Assembly (NCBI GenBank): GCA_001643675.2
Contig: LSRY02000051.1
Coordinates: 558,001 to 622,000 of the forward strand
Length of the DNA: 64,000 nucleotides
Reading direction: 5' to 3'
DNA from: Monocercomonoides exilis PA203
Taxonomy: Eukaryota > Protista > Preaxostyla
A model generated the notes under the pieces. It was not told the origin of the DNA. It saw nothing but the letters and a program-made list of their open reading frames with translations, and searched no databases. The position numbers were made by a program, and so were the translations under genes. Shown here in pieces: positions 25,524-38,064 of the stretch (position 1 is the stretch's first letter; each line of letters opens with the position of its first letter).

Positions 25524-27480
25524 ATGCAAAGAGAATTTCCTCTTGTTTTTGTACCAGAATGCGCTAAGAACCAGCAACATTTCGTTATTCAATTTAACCC
25601 TCACAAATTTGAGAGGTCTGATATGCGTGATCCAACAGCAATTGAGGTGACCCAAGTGTCAAGGGGTTCATTAAAACAGTTTTCTATTCACACGCAGCGA
25701 GGTTCTCATAATAGTCAGCCTGCAGGGGATGAAAGCACATGTTATGCCTTTTTGCAGAGAACGGTATCTGTTTTTTATATTTGCTAATTTCTCGAAATAA
25801 TACAATATTTGCTTTGAACGTTTAGAGAGAGGGATATCAATTGTGTCCATGCGAATCGTGGTTCCAAATGGCACCTGCAATCACTTATTCGACTCCTTCA
25901 ATTGAGGAAGCCGAAGAGAGTGTTTGCATATTTTTGATGAATTTATTTTTGTTGCCAATATCTTTTTTGTATCTGTATAAAGATCAAAGAAGGCTTGCTT
26001 ACTGTCCCCTTAAAATGGAAAGACAAACTACAGCCAAAGATTGTCGAAGAACAAACACCTGGTGTGAGCTCTTTTCTGAAAAAGGGTTGTTGAATTTGTT
26101 GTTTTGAAACATTTCATTGCTAATGCTTCAAAATGTGCGTGCTGCACATGATCACGGTTCATTTAACTTCAAGATGAAGGCGAGATGCCTTCTTCATCGT
26201 CTTCAAAAAAATATAAACCATCAGCTGCTTCTTCCAAGACTCAAAGCTGTATGTCTTTTTTTAACAAGCATGTTTTTTGTACAAAGCGAATAACTTGAAT
26301 TTACATTTAAATTTTAACAGATCAGTTTCATTCACTTGAATCAGATGTCTTCCGTAGCTTGAAAACTGGAGAGCAGCGAAAAGATGAAGAAGAGGACGAT
26401 CCAGACATGGAGGTGGAAATACCTGATGATGACGAAGGCAATGTCGATCTGCTGTCGTCTGCTGCAGAAGCACCAAAAGAAGACAAAAAAGCGAAGCGGC
26501 GAACGTCAACGAGGAGAGGTAGGCGTACTGGTGCGATGGACGAAGAGGAAGAGGATGAAGAAGAAGATGACGATGAAGAAAACGAAAGGTTGCTTTCACT
26601 GAAGAAGAAAGCAGTGGAGAAAGGGTTTGAGGAAAAAGAAGGCGAAATGGAAAAGGAAGAGAAGGAGATTTTGGAAGTGAAAGAGAGGTTGGAAGATGAC
26701 TTTGACTCGGATGAGAATGATGAAGACGAAGATGACGACGACGACGATGATGATGGAGAAGTTTGCTTTTTATTTATTTGATGAATGTTATTGACGAAGT
26801 GATACATTTAATGAAATCATTCTTTTTTATTGAACTTATTCTGCTTTTTTATCTTGATTGGACTTTTTGGCATTTCCAGTCTGATGAGGCGATTGACAAG
26901 CAGATGTCGCGGAGGATTGGCAGAATTGGCGATGAGATCTCTCCTTCCTCTTCAAAAGAGAAAAAGGCACGTGCAAGCAGAAATGCAAGGTATGCTTTTC
27001 TTATTTAATAATAATTAATTCGTTTCTATTTTGAAATCGTATTGACTTATATTTCTGTTATTGTGTCTTGCTGAATGACGAATGCTTCCACATCTCAGAC
27101 CATCACCAGGCGAAGGGAGAAAACTGAAAAGTCGCTCTGCTTCACCATCATCTGCCACCACGCCCACTTCATCTCCTACTCCTTCATCTTCTTCTTCCTC
27201 CTCTTCTTCTTCTATCTCTTCTTCTCGGAATCGTGCTGCAGACACACGAGCGCAGCCAATGGCGATGGCCACATCTTCGTCTTCTTCGTCAGGCATCACC
27301 CGAATCACCGATGAAGAATTTGTGATGACACTCACACGCCACCAGCCCATCACCCTGCGCGCACTCACACTCATCTTCTCGTCCAGACTGAAGGCACCAG
27401 AGCAGAAGGAACGATACAAACAGCTCATCAGAACATACGCAAAGAAGACACCAGATGATAAGCTTGTGCTGAGAAAGTGA
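25524..27480 (+). CDS. GTF2F1: General transcription factor IIF large subunit (RAP74/Tfg1), multi-exon
   Basis: YAFLQR...CPCESWFQMAPAITYSTPSIEEAEE resembles the RAP74 N-domain WY.F...TLT.EEAEE; acidic/Ser linker; C-terminal winged helix ITDEEFVMTLTRHQPITLRALTLIF. Confidence 0.7.
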
Positions 27481-27829
27481 GTGTGTTGATGTTCCACATT
27501 CTGTATGAGATTTGATTGATTGCTTAATCAGAAAAATCATCTCACTTCACAAAAAAACTATTCATTTTATTTTTTTTTTCAGAAAGAAAGCAAAGTTTCA
27601 CTTCACCTGGCGTGTTGTTCTTTCGAAAAGAAAAGCAAAATAAAATAAAAAAACAGCACGTTGGGAAACAAACAAAAAAAATGAGAGTGATGAAAGAAGA
27701 ATAAACTTATAAAAGATTTGCAATCAATTAAAATCTAGTTAAAAACAAAATATCGGATGAGTTGAGTAAAGATGAATGAAACGACTTGAAGCTGACGAAG
27801 TGCGAGAGACGTGAAGAAAATACCAACAA

Positions 27830-29803
27830 TCAAGCGCGTTCAGCCACTCTTTCTGCCTGCCTTGACGCAGCAGTGGTGGATGAGACTGAGATTGTGGCTG
27901 GCCTGACCATCAGCAGTGGGTTGTCAGGGGATGTGATTGAGTCAGTCACTTTCATCGAGTCCAGATACTCCACCACAATCTGCTGCAGTGCTGCATTCTC
28001 TGCCTTCATCCGCTCGTACTCGTGCTCAATGGCCATCTTGTCCAGCAGCACTTTGTTCGCTTTCTTGAAGAACTGGTTCAGCTGCGACCAGTCTGTCGCC
28101 ATTGAGTCTCCTCTTGCCTCTGCGTCTTCGCCTTCTCCAGTTGGGCTGGCTGAGACAGAAGAAGAAGAAGAAGATACATTTGCAGAAGACGACGGTGCGA
28201 GTGAAATGCCCATTGCCGCCTCCATCTCCTCGTCCATGCGTGCGAGCCTCTCCTGTATTTCCGGGTCAGTCTCTGCGAGGATGGGGAAGAATGGGGTGAC
28301 CTTCTCCCTCTCTGTCTCGAGGTGCCTATTCAGCTCAGCCACCATAATCAGATGGTCAGCCAGGTCGATCCGCTCCTGCAGCCGCCGCGTCACCTCGCGC
28401 GACTGCATCGTCAGCTCCTTCAGGCGCTCCTGCTGGCTCTCGTGGAACAGCGCCATCTTCTGCTTCAGCTCGTGGTAGTGCTTGCTGATCGCATCCCGCT
28501 CCCGCGCCAGCGCCTCGTTCCTTTCTGTATACTCCTTCACTGTGTTCTGGATCTTCTTCTTCACCCGCTGGAACTGCTCCTGGTTGCGACGGATCTGCCG
28601 GATCAGCGCTGCAATCTCTTCAGCATCAATCTGAAGATGGTTGTGAATAATAGCAAAGCAATAAATTTTTAATTTAATAAGAAGAATTGTCGATTGTTTT
28701 TATTATAATAATTATTATACCTGCTCTTTCTTTGCGTATAGTCTGAATTCCTGCGTTTGCTTTTCTGTGTTTGAAATATATTTTTTGTGAAGCTAATAAA
28801 TAGATTTAAATGTGAATAAGAATCAGAAAATAAATGGAATATTTAAAAGTGATAAAACAAAAAATATTTAACAACCTCCGACAAGGCATTTGTCAAGATA
28901 TCAATCGTTCTTGTTAAATCAGACTTGCTCCTCATAAGATCGTTCCTTTGTTGTTCTTCAAGCGCTTTTTTCTCTTCTTCAAATGCCTTCTTGTCCTCTG
29001 CCATTTCTTCGTTAAATCGTTGATCCATCATTTGCAGAATTTTCAGCAATTCCTCTTTTTGAGCTTCATGACGCTTCATGATAACAACTCTACATATATT
29101 AAGAACATTGAAAATAATAGAGTAATTACCCCAAGACTAAGTACTTTGTTATTATTATTTTATTACACCTTTCATCTTCATGGGCTTTAGTTATGTCTTC
29201 TGTATCTTCAAGCATCTCTGATTCAAGGACTTGAAATCGTTCTTGTTGGATTTGAATAAGGTTGTCAAGATTGCTTAGATGACTTCTCAATGCTTTTTGA
29301 TATCTTCATTTTAACAAAAAGATCATTACATGCAAAGATAAAAAATTCTTAACAAAGAATTCAAACTGTCGCTCGGCTTCTTCCAAATCTCTGAATAAAG
29401 ATTCGATAATAGCATCACGTTGATCAATCTAACAAAATAAACCGGAAGCGAACATGACTTATCTATATTTAATAAAATGAAACAAAATGTGTACTTTTCT
29501 CTCATATGTTTGGCTCACAATATCAGCTTCTTCTTCAAGTTCTTTCTTTTTCGCTTGTCTAGCCCGCTGTCTAACATCTGCTAATGTAAGTGCGGCATTT
29601 CTCTTTGCCACACTTTCTTCATCCTTCTGTTTTTTTAGTTGTGCTTTTCTTTCTTCCTCCTCCTTTCTTCTTCTTTCTTCTTCTTTCATCAGCATTTCAG
29701 CCTCCAATCTGGCACGTTTCTCTTCATCTGTCTCAACAATTCTTTTTCCCTTTCCCTTTTTTCCCTTTTTCCCTGCTCCTCCTTTTTTTGCTTTTTTTGC
29801 CAT
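27830..29803 (-). CDS. DRC2: Dynein regulatory complex subunit 2 (CCDC65), multi-exon
   Basis: Lys-rich N-terminus, ADIVSQTYERK/IDQRDAIIESLFRDLEEAERQ/YQKALRSHLSNLDNLIQIQ, LETEREKVTPF, FFKKANKVLLD. Confidence 0.85.
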
Positions 29804-29905
29804 TCAAAAGGATAAGGCAATTTTTATATGAACGGTACCCATCATAACTTTCTTCTCTCAAACAATTGATCAATACAACCCATGACATTTTTGGGTTTTT
29901 GATAA

Positions 29906-30602
29906 ATGATAAAATCTTCGGGTTCAGCTGTAGCTTCGTTTCTGCAGGATTATTTGAATATAGAAATTGTGAATCTGATTGTTCGCACGAGTGAAACACG
30001 TGATATGGCTCGTTCGAAACTTGAACGAATGGGGCAACAAATTGGAGAGAAATACACTGAATTGTTTGATAAAAACTTATTATCACATTTTGAGTTGATT
30101 GTTTTGAATTATTTTATTAATAGGTTCTTTTTAAAAACGCCACTTCCGGATTATCAACCAAATTTGAAAGGAGTTGAAGATTATTTTGTAAATGGTTTTT
30201 GGCCTGCTGTCTTCAAGGGAAGGTGTAATTCTAGTGGAATTGATGCTGTTTGAAGCATATATTAAACTTTCAAAGCATTAGAAAAAATAATTTGCAATTT
30301 CTTTCTTTTTTTTTCAAATGATTTTTTCGTAAACTTTCAGAAAAAGTGTCTTGTTCTTGAAGATACTCACTTTTCGTGGATATCAAAAATCTCCTTATGT
30401 GGTTCCCCGCCTGAGGAATTGAGCATATATCTTGCAATGCCATGCGGGATATTGAGAGGAGCTGTTAAGGCTCTTGGCTTTCGGTGCAAAGTTTCAGGAG
30501 AAACCGATTCAACAGCCGTTAAATGTATATTTGCTACTTTTATTCGCATTTATTCTTTTATCATTATTGTTTCTAGGTAAATTTGCAATTCAATTTGCAT
30601 GA
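29906..30602 (+). CDS. TRAPPC6: TRAPP complex subunit 6 (Trs33), 4 exons
   Basis: KLERMGQQIGEKYTE, FWPAVFKG, LVLEDTHFSWI, YLAMPCGILRGAVKALG. Confidence 0.85.
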
Positions 30603-30779
30603 GGGAAGGTAATTGTTACACTTCATCACTTCATTTGTGTTATTACAAAACGTAATTTTTGCTTGATCAACTTTTATTTTTGATATTCTATTTTTTCCGT
30701 ACAAATAACTCATAAGTGTTATTTTTCAAAACTTGTACTACCCTTAACATTTTTATTTCTTATTGCTTTTTTTTTAAAC

Positions 30780-33700
30780 ATGGATGTACAGTGCCCTCAT
30801 CTTTCTTCACTTTCAAGACCTGATTGGAATAATGTAAGGATTTATAAGGATGAATGTGCTTGTTGTTATGAAACTCCATATTCGAAAGATGGCCTGTTTG
30901 TTTGCTTATCTTGTTTCACTGGATTTTGTCCAATACATGCTGAAATACATAAAGCTAAAACGAATCACTGCATTTACGCACGACTTCAACAAAAAAAGTT
31001 TGCAAACAGTGAAGAACAGATGGGTATTATAATGAATGATGCTGGAGAAGTTAAGCAAGCATCCATTGTTTCAGGAGTGCATGCATCATCTCAGCTTTCA
31101 CAAACAAAAACAGAAACAAACATTATTTGCGTATGCTTACATTGCGCAGAATCAAATAAAAAGGATTTGTGTGAAATTGATCTTTCGTCAAATCAAGTAT
31201 ATGTTTTATTGTTTTAATACGTAAATATCAATTATTTTTTAATAACTTTTAATTTTTTCAAAAGATCCTTCAAGAGCTGTGTTCTCATGTAAAGTGCAGT
31301 CGTAGTGCTTTAGAAATGGATGATATTCGAGCATGGGAGGCAAAGACAGTTCCTTGTCCTCATATAAGCAAGTTTAAACCCCCGGCATATGCTCCTCTTT
31401 TTGGAAAAAACAGTTCGACGATATTTTAAAATTGATGATATTTTTTAAATCCTTGTGTTGTTTATCGATTCAACAGTCGTTTGCAAATGCTCAAATTGTT
31501 CAATTTCCAAAAACCTATGGTTATGTCTTAGCTGTGGGAATATTGGATGTTCACGTGAAAATTTCGATGGATCAGGTGGGAAAGGACATGGACTGGCACA
31601 TCATAAGGAAACAGGGCATCCATTGGCAGTTAAATTAGGAACTGTGTCCGCAAATGGATTTGGAGGTTTAATTGAACAAATGTATTTTCACTCAAATTCA
31701 TTTTTTTTTTTTTTTTAATATTTTTATTTTTCAAAATATCCAAAAATGTGACAGATGTGAACTGCTATCTGTGCGATGAAATTGTGTATGATGTCGACCT
31801 TCCTCTGCATCTCGCTGCGGTTGGGCTGGATTTGAACCATTGCGAGAAGACAGAAGTGTCGATGGCTGAACAAGAGCTCGAGCAAAACATGAACTTGTTC
31901 TCTTCATACGACCCTGTGTTCGAAGGCGGGTCCAATCTCGTGCCTTTGAAAGGGGCAGGCTTTCGGGGCCTGAAGAACTTGGGGAACAGCTGCTATATGA
32001 ACAGCTCACTGCAATGCCTTCTGGCAAACCCGCTTTTCCGGCAGAGGTATTTGTGCGGTTCTTCGTTCCATCTCACTCACTGCACCGCACCACAGGGACG
32101 ATGCAGAGAATGTCAGATGACGAAGCTGGCTGTTGCGTTGTTTGGGAGACAAAGGAAGACTGATTCAATGAAGAGTGAAGTTGACAGAACTGGCAATGAA
32201 AAAGAAGGTGAACGTTTTCAAATTGAGGCACCAATAACGATTGAAGAGGCTCTTGCAAATGCGAAGCGTTCAAAAGAGAAAGCAGAAGAAGAAGAAATAA
32301 AACGAGTGAGTGCACTGACTGATGAAGCACACAGCGCAGATGATTCTGAGTCAAAGAACAATTTGACAGAGGAGAATGAAGAAGACGCTAAAGACTGGTC
32401 TGTCTCACCGAAGATGTTCAAGTCCTCGTTCTGCGGAAGCAACCCAGAGTTTTCCTCTCTTTCGCAGCAAGACGCATTCAATTTTGTGCTGCATGTGATT
32501 AATACCATTCATCGAGACGAAGAAGATCTCAACATTCTTCGAATAAAGAATGAGGAACAGTCTTCAAATTCAGAGCAACCTTCTTCTTCTTCTTCTTCTT
32601 CTTCTTCTTCTTCTCCCTCATCCTCCTCCTCCTCTAAAAGCTCAAAAGCATGCACAACAGATCCTTCGAGTCTGTTTTCGTTTTCTATTCGACGCACAAT
32701 TGAGGTTTGGCTAAATTGTTTTTTTATCTTTTTTTTTAACTTCAGTTTTATTCATCTTTCTTTCTTTCTTTCTTTTTATCTGTTAAAGTGCAAAAACTGC
32801 CATGCAAAGCGACACTCTGTTCTTCCAGCGAGCGATCTCACCTGCCACCTCGATCTGAGCAAAGAAGAAACAGAAATTATGGTTTCTGTGCAAGTGATGC
32901 GCGATGCGCAGGCTGAAGAAAGGGCAAGGCAGAAGGCTGAGGAGAAGAAGAAGATGGAAGACGTCGAAGGATTCCTTGAGAATGAAAAGAAGGAGCAGGA
33001 AGAGGCAGACTTGGCGCTGGCTATGTCGCTTGCTGAAGCTGATGGGGCAGTTCCTGAGGCAGCTGCATTTGACAGCGCAGCGCCTGTGGAAGGACGGATG
33101 AAGAGAGAGGAAGAAAGCACGCCTCGTCCGCAGCCTCCACAAAGTTCACAAGACACACAAAACACACAAAATACACAAAATACACAAAATACACAAAATA
33201 CACAAAATACACAAAATACACAAAATACACATAATACACAGGAATCTCAAAGCAGCCAGAATGCAAGTGCTGCTATTGAAGAAAAAATGGCTGAGCCTCA
33301 CGAAGACAACAACGAAATAGCAATCACAAGAACACTCGAAGACCTGCTGCAGTCGATTTTTTCACCTGAGGAGATTGATGCGAGATGTGAAGTGTGTGGG
33401 CATGTTGGGTGTATCAGCACACAAACGCTGGAGACTACGCCATCCACACTGATTGTGAAGATCAACAGAACTGTGTATCACAACTGGCAGCCGAGGAAAC
33501 TCGAAGTGCCTGTTGCTGTTTCCCTTGAAGACAATCTCGATTTAAGACAGTATTCAATCAGCCCATCAGAAACTGTGAAGGATGATGAGATTTCGGAGGA
33601 AAAGAAAATGACCGATGACAGTTCAACTGGATCGGAGAAAGAGGAGCTTCCAAAACAAGATTCAAAGTCTTCAAGCGAAAAGCAACTTTCAATTGATGTA

Positions 33701-34672
33701 TCATCAGCTACAACACCACAAGCATCATCTTCATCTTTATCATCGTCATCTTCTTCTTCAGAAGCAGAGAAATCAATACAAACTCAACAAAACGTCGAAG
33801 GAGAAACGACTCAAAAACCAGATGTACCAAACACTTCCCCAGTTGATGAAATGGAAGCATTTATGATTTCTCAGCTGACATCGATGGGTTTCTCTGAAGC
33901 AAGAATCAAGCACGCCTACCAAAAAGGCAAGAGAACGCCCGACGAGGCAATTGAATGGATTATATCCACGTTGGACGACCCTTCATTTGATATCCCACCA
34001 ACCACAGCGTCTTCCAACTCACAGCCATCTGCTCCTCTGAAGGTTGATCAGCCTCCAGCGGAAAAGCAGGAAGCAAAAGAGGAAGTTCCAAAGGAAATCA
34101 TGGAAAGTTTGTTTGAGATGGGATTCACGCAGAATCAGATAATCAACTCGTTCAGAGAAAAACAAGGAAATGTGGAGGAGATGGTCATGTGGATAATGAC
34201 ATATCCACAGGAAGCAGAAAAGGATCCATCAGAGCGGCATTCCGCTGCAAATCAGGCTCTTCAGTCTACATCGCAGTCTTCTTCCTCCTCTTCCTCTTCC
34301 TCTTCCTCTTCTTCAGCTGCAGACGCAGATGATGCGTATTTGTATGGATTTGAAGAGAGGAGTGCTGCGTGTAGCGACTGCACTGCTAGTCCCTCTCTTC
34401 CGCTTCCCCAGTCTCTCTGCATCGATTATGCTGCTCACGAAAAGCTCAACAAAGCGCGTCCAGCTGTCTATCGCCTCTCCTCTTTCATCACACACAGAGG
34501 CCTCAGCGTTCACTCGGGGCATTACATCTGCTTTGTGAAGCACGCAGACACATCTGCAGATGCATCTAACAATCAAACATCAAAGTGGGTCGTTTATAAC
34601 GACGAAAAGGTCAGTATTGCAAAGGAGGTTCCAGTTGATCAAGCATATGTTCTCTTTTTTGAAAAAGTATGA
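30780..34672 (+). CDS. USP5: Ubiquitin carboxyl-terminal hydrolase 5/13 (Ubp14/isopeptidase T): nUBP, ZnF-UBP, USP domain, two UBA domains
   Basis: IYKDECACC, NLWLCLSCGNIGCSR, HPLAVKLGT, Cys-box GLKNLGNSCYMNS, QQDA, two MGF UBA domains, His-box HRGLSVHSGHY, WVVYNDEKV. Confidence 0.93.
33155..33241 (+). repeat. Coding 9-bp tandem repeat (ACACAAAAT) encoding (TQN)8-THN-TQ inside USP5
   Basis: Directly visible near-perfect repeat of about 10 units. Confidence 0.95.
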
Positions 34673-34920
34673 TGAATGATCAAGAGTTAGATGGAAATTC
34701 TTTTCAAAATTCTTTTTAAAATTTCTTTTTGAGGTAGAAAATTTTTGATCCCTTTTTAAATATTGTTGTTTTCGTTTGACAAATGTCAATATTCGCACAA
34801 ACCCTTCAAAACAATAATATTTGCTAAAAAAACATCTACAAAAAAATTAGACAATAAATTTAAAGTGTTATTTCTTCTGTTAAAAATCCATGCTTGGGAA
34901 GTGATAGTGATTGAGTATAA

Positions 34921-35642
34921 TTAAAACTTGCTGAATTGTTTCTTCGAGTCAGAGCGAGGAATAACACGAATAACGTTGAATTTCACAGTTTTCGATAATG
35001 GTCTAAAAATGAACAGAAATTAATTTAAACAAATGTGCGAAACAAAAATACAAAATTTAAAATGAATAATCAAAAAAACAATATTCAAGCCTGCATTGTC
35101 CAACGATAACCATATCACCGTTGTGCACTTCAAAGCATGGGGAACAATGAACTGAAAGAGTCTTATGACGTTTTTCGTATCTGTTGTATTTTGGGATAAA
35201 GTGAAGATAATCGCGACGAATAACAATTGTTCTCTTCATTGCTGTGCTTTTGACAACACCACGAAGAATATGGCCACGAATGCTCACATTACCTGTGAAT
35301 GGGCATTTTTTATCAACGTATGTTCCTTCGATGGCTTCACGTGGAGTCTTGAAGCCAAGACCCACGCTGTGGTAATAGCGAAGGCTCTTCTTGTGCTTTT
35401 TCCCAAGCTGATGTGTGCGTCCCAAGAATACCGTTTCCTGTTTTTGGAATGCTCTTTCGGTCTGAATTAATTAAGTGTGATCATTTTGTTTCACAAAAAA
35501 AGCCAATTAATAATATGTGTTTTCAGAGTTCATCAAAAAATGTAGCATATGAGATAATTTTTTTAAAAAGTTAAATATAAAAAATATTTAGACATGAATT
35601 ACATAAATATTAGTTTGTAAATGCTTCTCAAACTTGTTCCAT
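34921..35642 (-). CDS. RPS11: 40S ribosomal protein S11 (uS17), 3 exons; second intron is GC-AG
   Basis: [57 protein letters not shown]...KQFSKF-TAA. Confidence 0.97.
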
Positions 35643-35685
35643 TGATAAAAAGAGATTTGCGTTTATTCCTTTATTGGACAGATCA

Positions 35686-35870
35686 ATGACAACTATATAT
35701 ATTGGTATTTCGATCAAAATTAATGTGTTAACTCTGAAGAATTATTTAAATGTATTTACTTGCAAATTTTTACCTAAAGCTGATCTTAATGGATTAGCAG
35801 ATCCTCATTTGATTATTCACCAACAGAATTTGTGTTGGCAAACAAAAAAAATGCAGAATTCATTGAATAC
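35686..35870 (+). pseudogene. C2-domain gene remnant, head-to-head with RPS11, ending before the MITE cluster
   Basis: VFTCKFLPKADLNGLADPH...QTKKMQNSLN matches the C2 LxxxDxxGxxDPY...TKxxxxxLNP pattern; no continuation found. Confidence 0.55.
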
Positions 35871-35998
35871 TTTTTTAATTCATGTTTGTCATTTCAAATA
35901 AATGTAATGCAGTGAAGTTCGATTAGTATCACCTCAGTTATATTGAAAACTGCGAATAATCACAATTAAAAAAAAGAAGATGTGTATTTTTTACTGTA

Positions 35999-36448
35999 CA
36001 GTCAAAACCGGATATAATCACATCGAATACAATCACATTTGTTTATAATCACATTTTTCCATGCACCGACATTTTTAGTTCATTTTTCATTCATTTTCCA
36101 TCGAATATAATCACAGGGATGAAAATATATAATCACATTTTTTATTATTATGGGTGCTTTTTTCAATGAAAAATCGATTTTTTGATCAAAAATTTCAATT
36201 TTTCGCTTTTTCAAAATATTGTTTAAATAAGTCTGAATAACATAATAAAACAATAAAAATTGTTATTTCTATTGAAAAATGTGTATTTGTGTAGAATTTC
36301 CAAAAATTAAAAAATCGACCCAAAATTAATTAATAAATAATTTTGTTTTTATTTTTTTCTGTGTTTAATCACATCGCTTATAATCACAATCGGATATAGT
36401 CACAAAAAGTCGTGCAAAAACTGGTGTGATTATATCCGGTTTTGACTG
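35999..36448. mobile_element. MITE copy 1 (450 bp), Tc1/mariner-type, 24-bp TIRs, TA target-site duplication
   Basis: TA-CAGTCAAAACCGGATATAATCACA ... TGTGATTATATCCGGTTTTGACTG-TA; no ORF; internal ATAATCAC repeats. Confidence 0.9.
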
Positions 36449-36862
36449 TATATAGTTTGTGTTAATAATGGTGGACACTTTCAATAACTGTGGACAGTTG
36501 CATTATCTCAACAACTGTTGATCGTTGCATTTTAACAATAAACCCAATTATTCCCTCAATGAATATGAACTTATAAAACATGCAGAAATGAAACAACTTT
36601 CTCTGCAGAATTTTGAAAAACACTTTTTTAATTTTCGGAGAAACTATGTGAATTTTATTTCTTAGGGTTTCTCCGAAAATTAAAAAAGTGTTTTTCAAAA
36701 TTCTGCAGAGAAAGTTGTTTCATTTCTGCATGTTTTATAAGTTCATATTCATTGAGGGAATAATTGGGTTTATTGTTAAAATGCAACGATCAACAGTTGT
36801 TGAGATAATGCAACTGTCCACAGTTATTGAAAGTGTCCACCATTATTAACACAAACTATATA
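36449..36862. mobile_element. Perfect long inverted repeat (196-bp arms, 22-nt spacer); probable foldback/MITE-like element flanked by TA
   Basis: 36449-36644 is the exact reverse complement of 36667-36862; ends TATATAGTTTGTG...CACAAACTATATA. Confidence 0.8.
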
Positions 36863-37566
36863 AGAATAAAAATAAAAAAATAAAAATGAAAAAAAAATAA
36901 AAATAAAAATAAGAATTAAGACTTATTTTTCCTGTCCTCCTTCTGTTTCAATATCTGTTATTCTAATGTATTCAAACATAACTCGATTTGACCGCACTAT
37001 AAATAATATCAATCGGACATTGTCACAAAAAAATTGTGGAAAACTTGATGTGAATATTTCCAATATTTACTGAATTTTCATCAAATTTCTGTTTCCATTC
37101 ACTAATAATTGCAATTATGCAAACACAGAAAAAAATATATATTGTCATATCGGATTTTGCACAATTTTTTGTGATTTTTTCTGGCTGCAATAATCATCGA
37201 TGGAACTATTCATTTTTTAAATTGAAAATACTTTTTATTTCCATTAATCAATATTGGGTTGTTATTTGCACTTTTGTAATTTCTTCATTAACACTCAATT
37301 TTCAATCTCAATTTATATCTTTATTGTATTTATACGTTTTTAAAGACTTATATGAACACATTTTTGAATTGTCGAAAAAACAAAATATTTGATCAAAAGA
37401 TTAACGTGGCTGATCTTTTCTGAAATCCTTTTTCGTCAGAGCTTTGATCAGATGTGTAATCTCAATTGGACATTCGAATGAATTTTATTTCCTTTCATGC
37501 AGCATAATAAGCTTAATAAATAAACCGTTGTCGTTCATTTGTTTTTAATCCCATTGAAATTAAATA

Positions 37567-38014
37567 CAGTCTAAACCGGATATAATCACGTCGAATATTA
37601 TCACATTCGTTTAAAGTCACATTTTCCATGCACCGACATTTTTTGTTTGTTTTTCATTCATTTTTCATCGCATATAATCACAGGGCTGATAATGTATAAT
37701 CACAATTTTTATTATTATGAGTGATTTTTCAATTGAAAATCGATTTTATGATCAATAATTTCAATTTTTTCTTTTTCAAAAATGTGCTCAAATAAGTCAA
37801 AATAATGTATATTTATTATCAAAATTGTTCAAGCAAGTGAAAAATGTGTATTTGTGAAGACTTTCCAAAAATAAAAAAATCAACCCAAAACAAATTATTT
37901 CAAAAATATTATTTTTTTTTTCTTCTGTGTGAAGTATCATCATGTATAATCACAATCGGATACAGTCACAAAAAGTTGTGCAAAAACCGATGTGATTATA
38001 TCCGGTTTAGACTG
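37567..38014. mobile_element. MITE copy 2 (448 bp), same family, 23-bp TIRs, TA target-site duplication
   Basis: TA-CAGTCTAAACCGGATATAATCAC ... GTGATTATATCCGGTTTAGACTG-TA; interior aligns with copy 1. Confidence 0.9.
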
Positions 38015-38064
38015 TATATATCTCTTATCTCAAAAGAAAGTGTGAATTTATACAGAGTTTGTTA

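Noticed and set aside
32705-32788. Hydrophobic 'TM segment' in the 974-aa USP5 ORF
   Set aside because: It is an 84-nt in-frame GTTTG...AG intron without a stop codon.
9753-34672. Functional cluster of ubiquitin/NEDD8 genes (DDI1, UBA3, CSN8, USP5)
   Set aside because: Interspersed with unrelated genes on both strands; chance cannot be excluded without a genome-wide test.
35463-35633. Box C/D snoRNA in RPS11 intron 1
   Set aside because: TGATGA and CTGA are only 3 nt apart, with no terminal box D or stem.
36648-36665. 18-nt GT-AG micro-intron in the palindrome spacer
   Set aside because: Much shorter than the introns traced in this window, and no transcript evidence.
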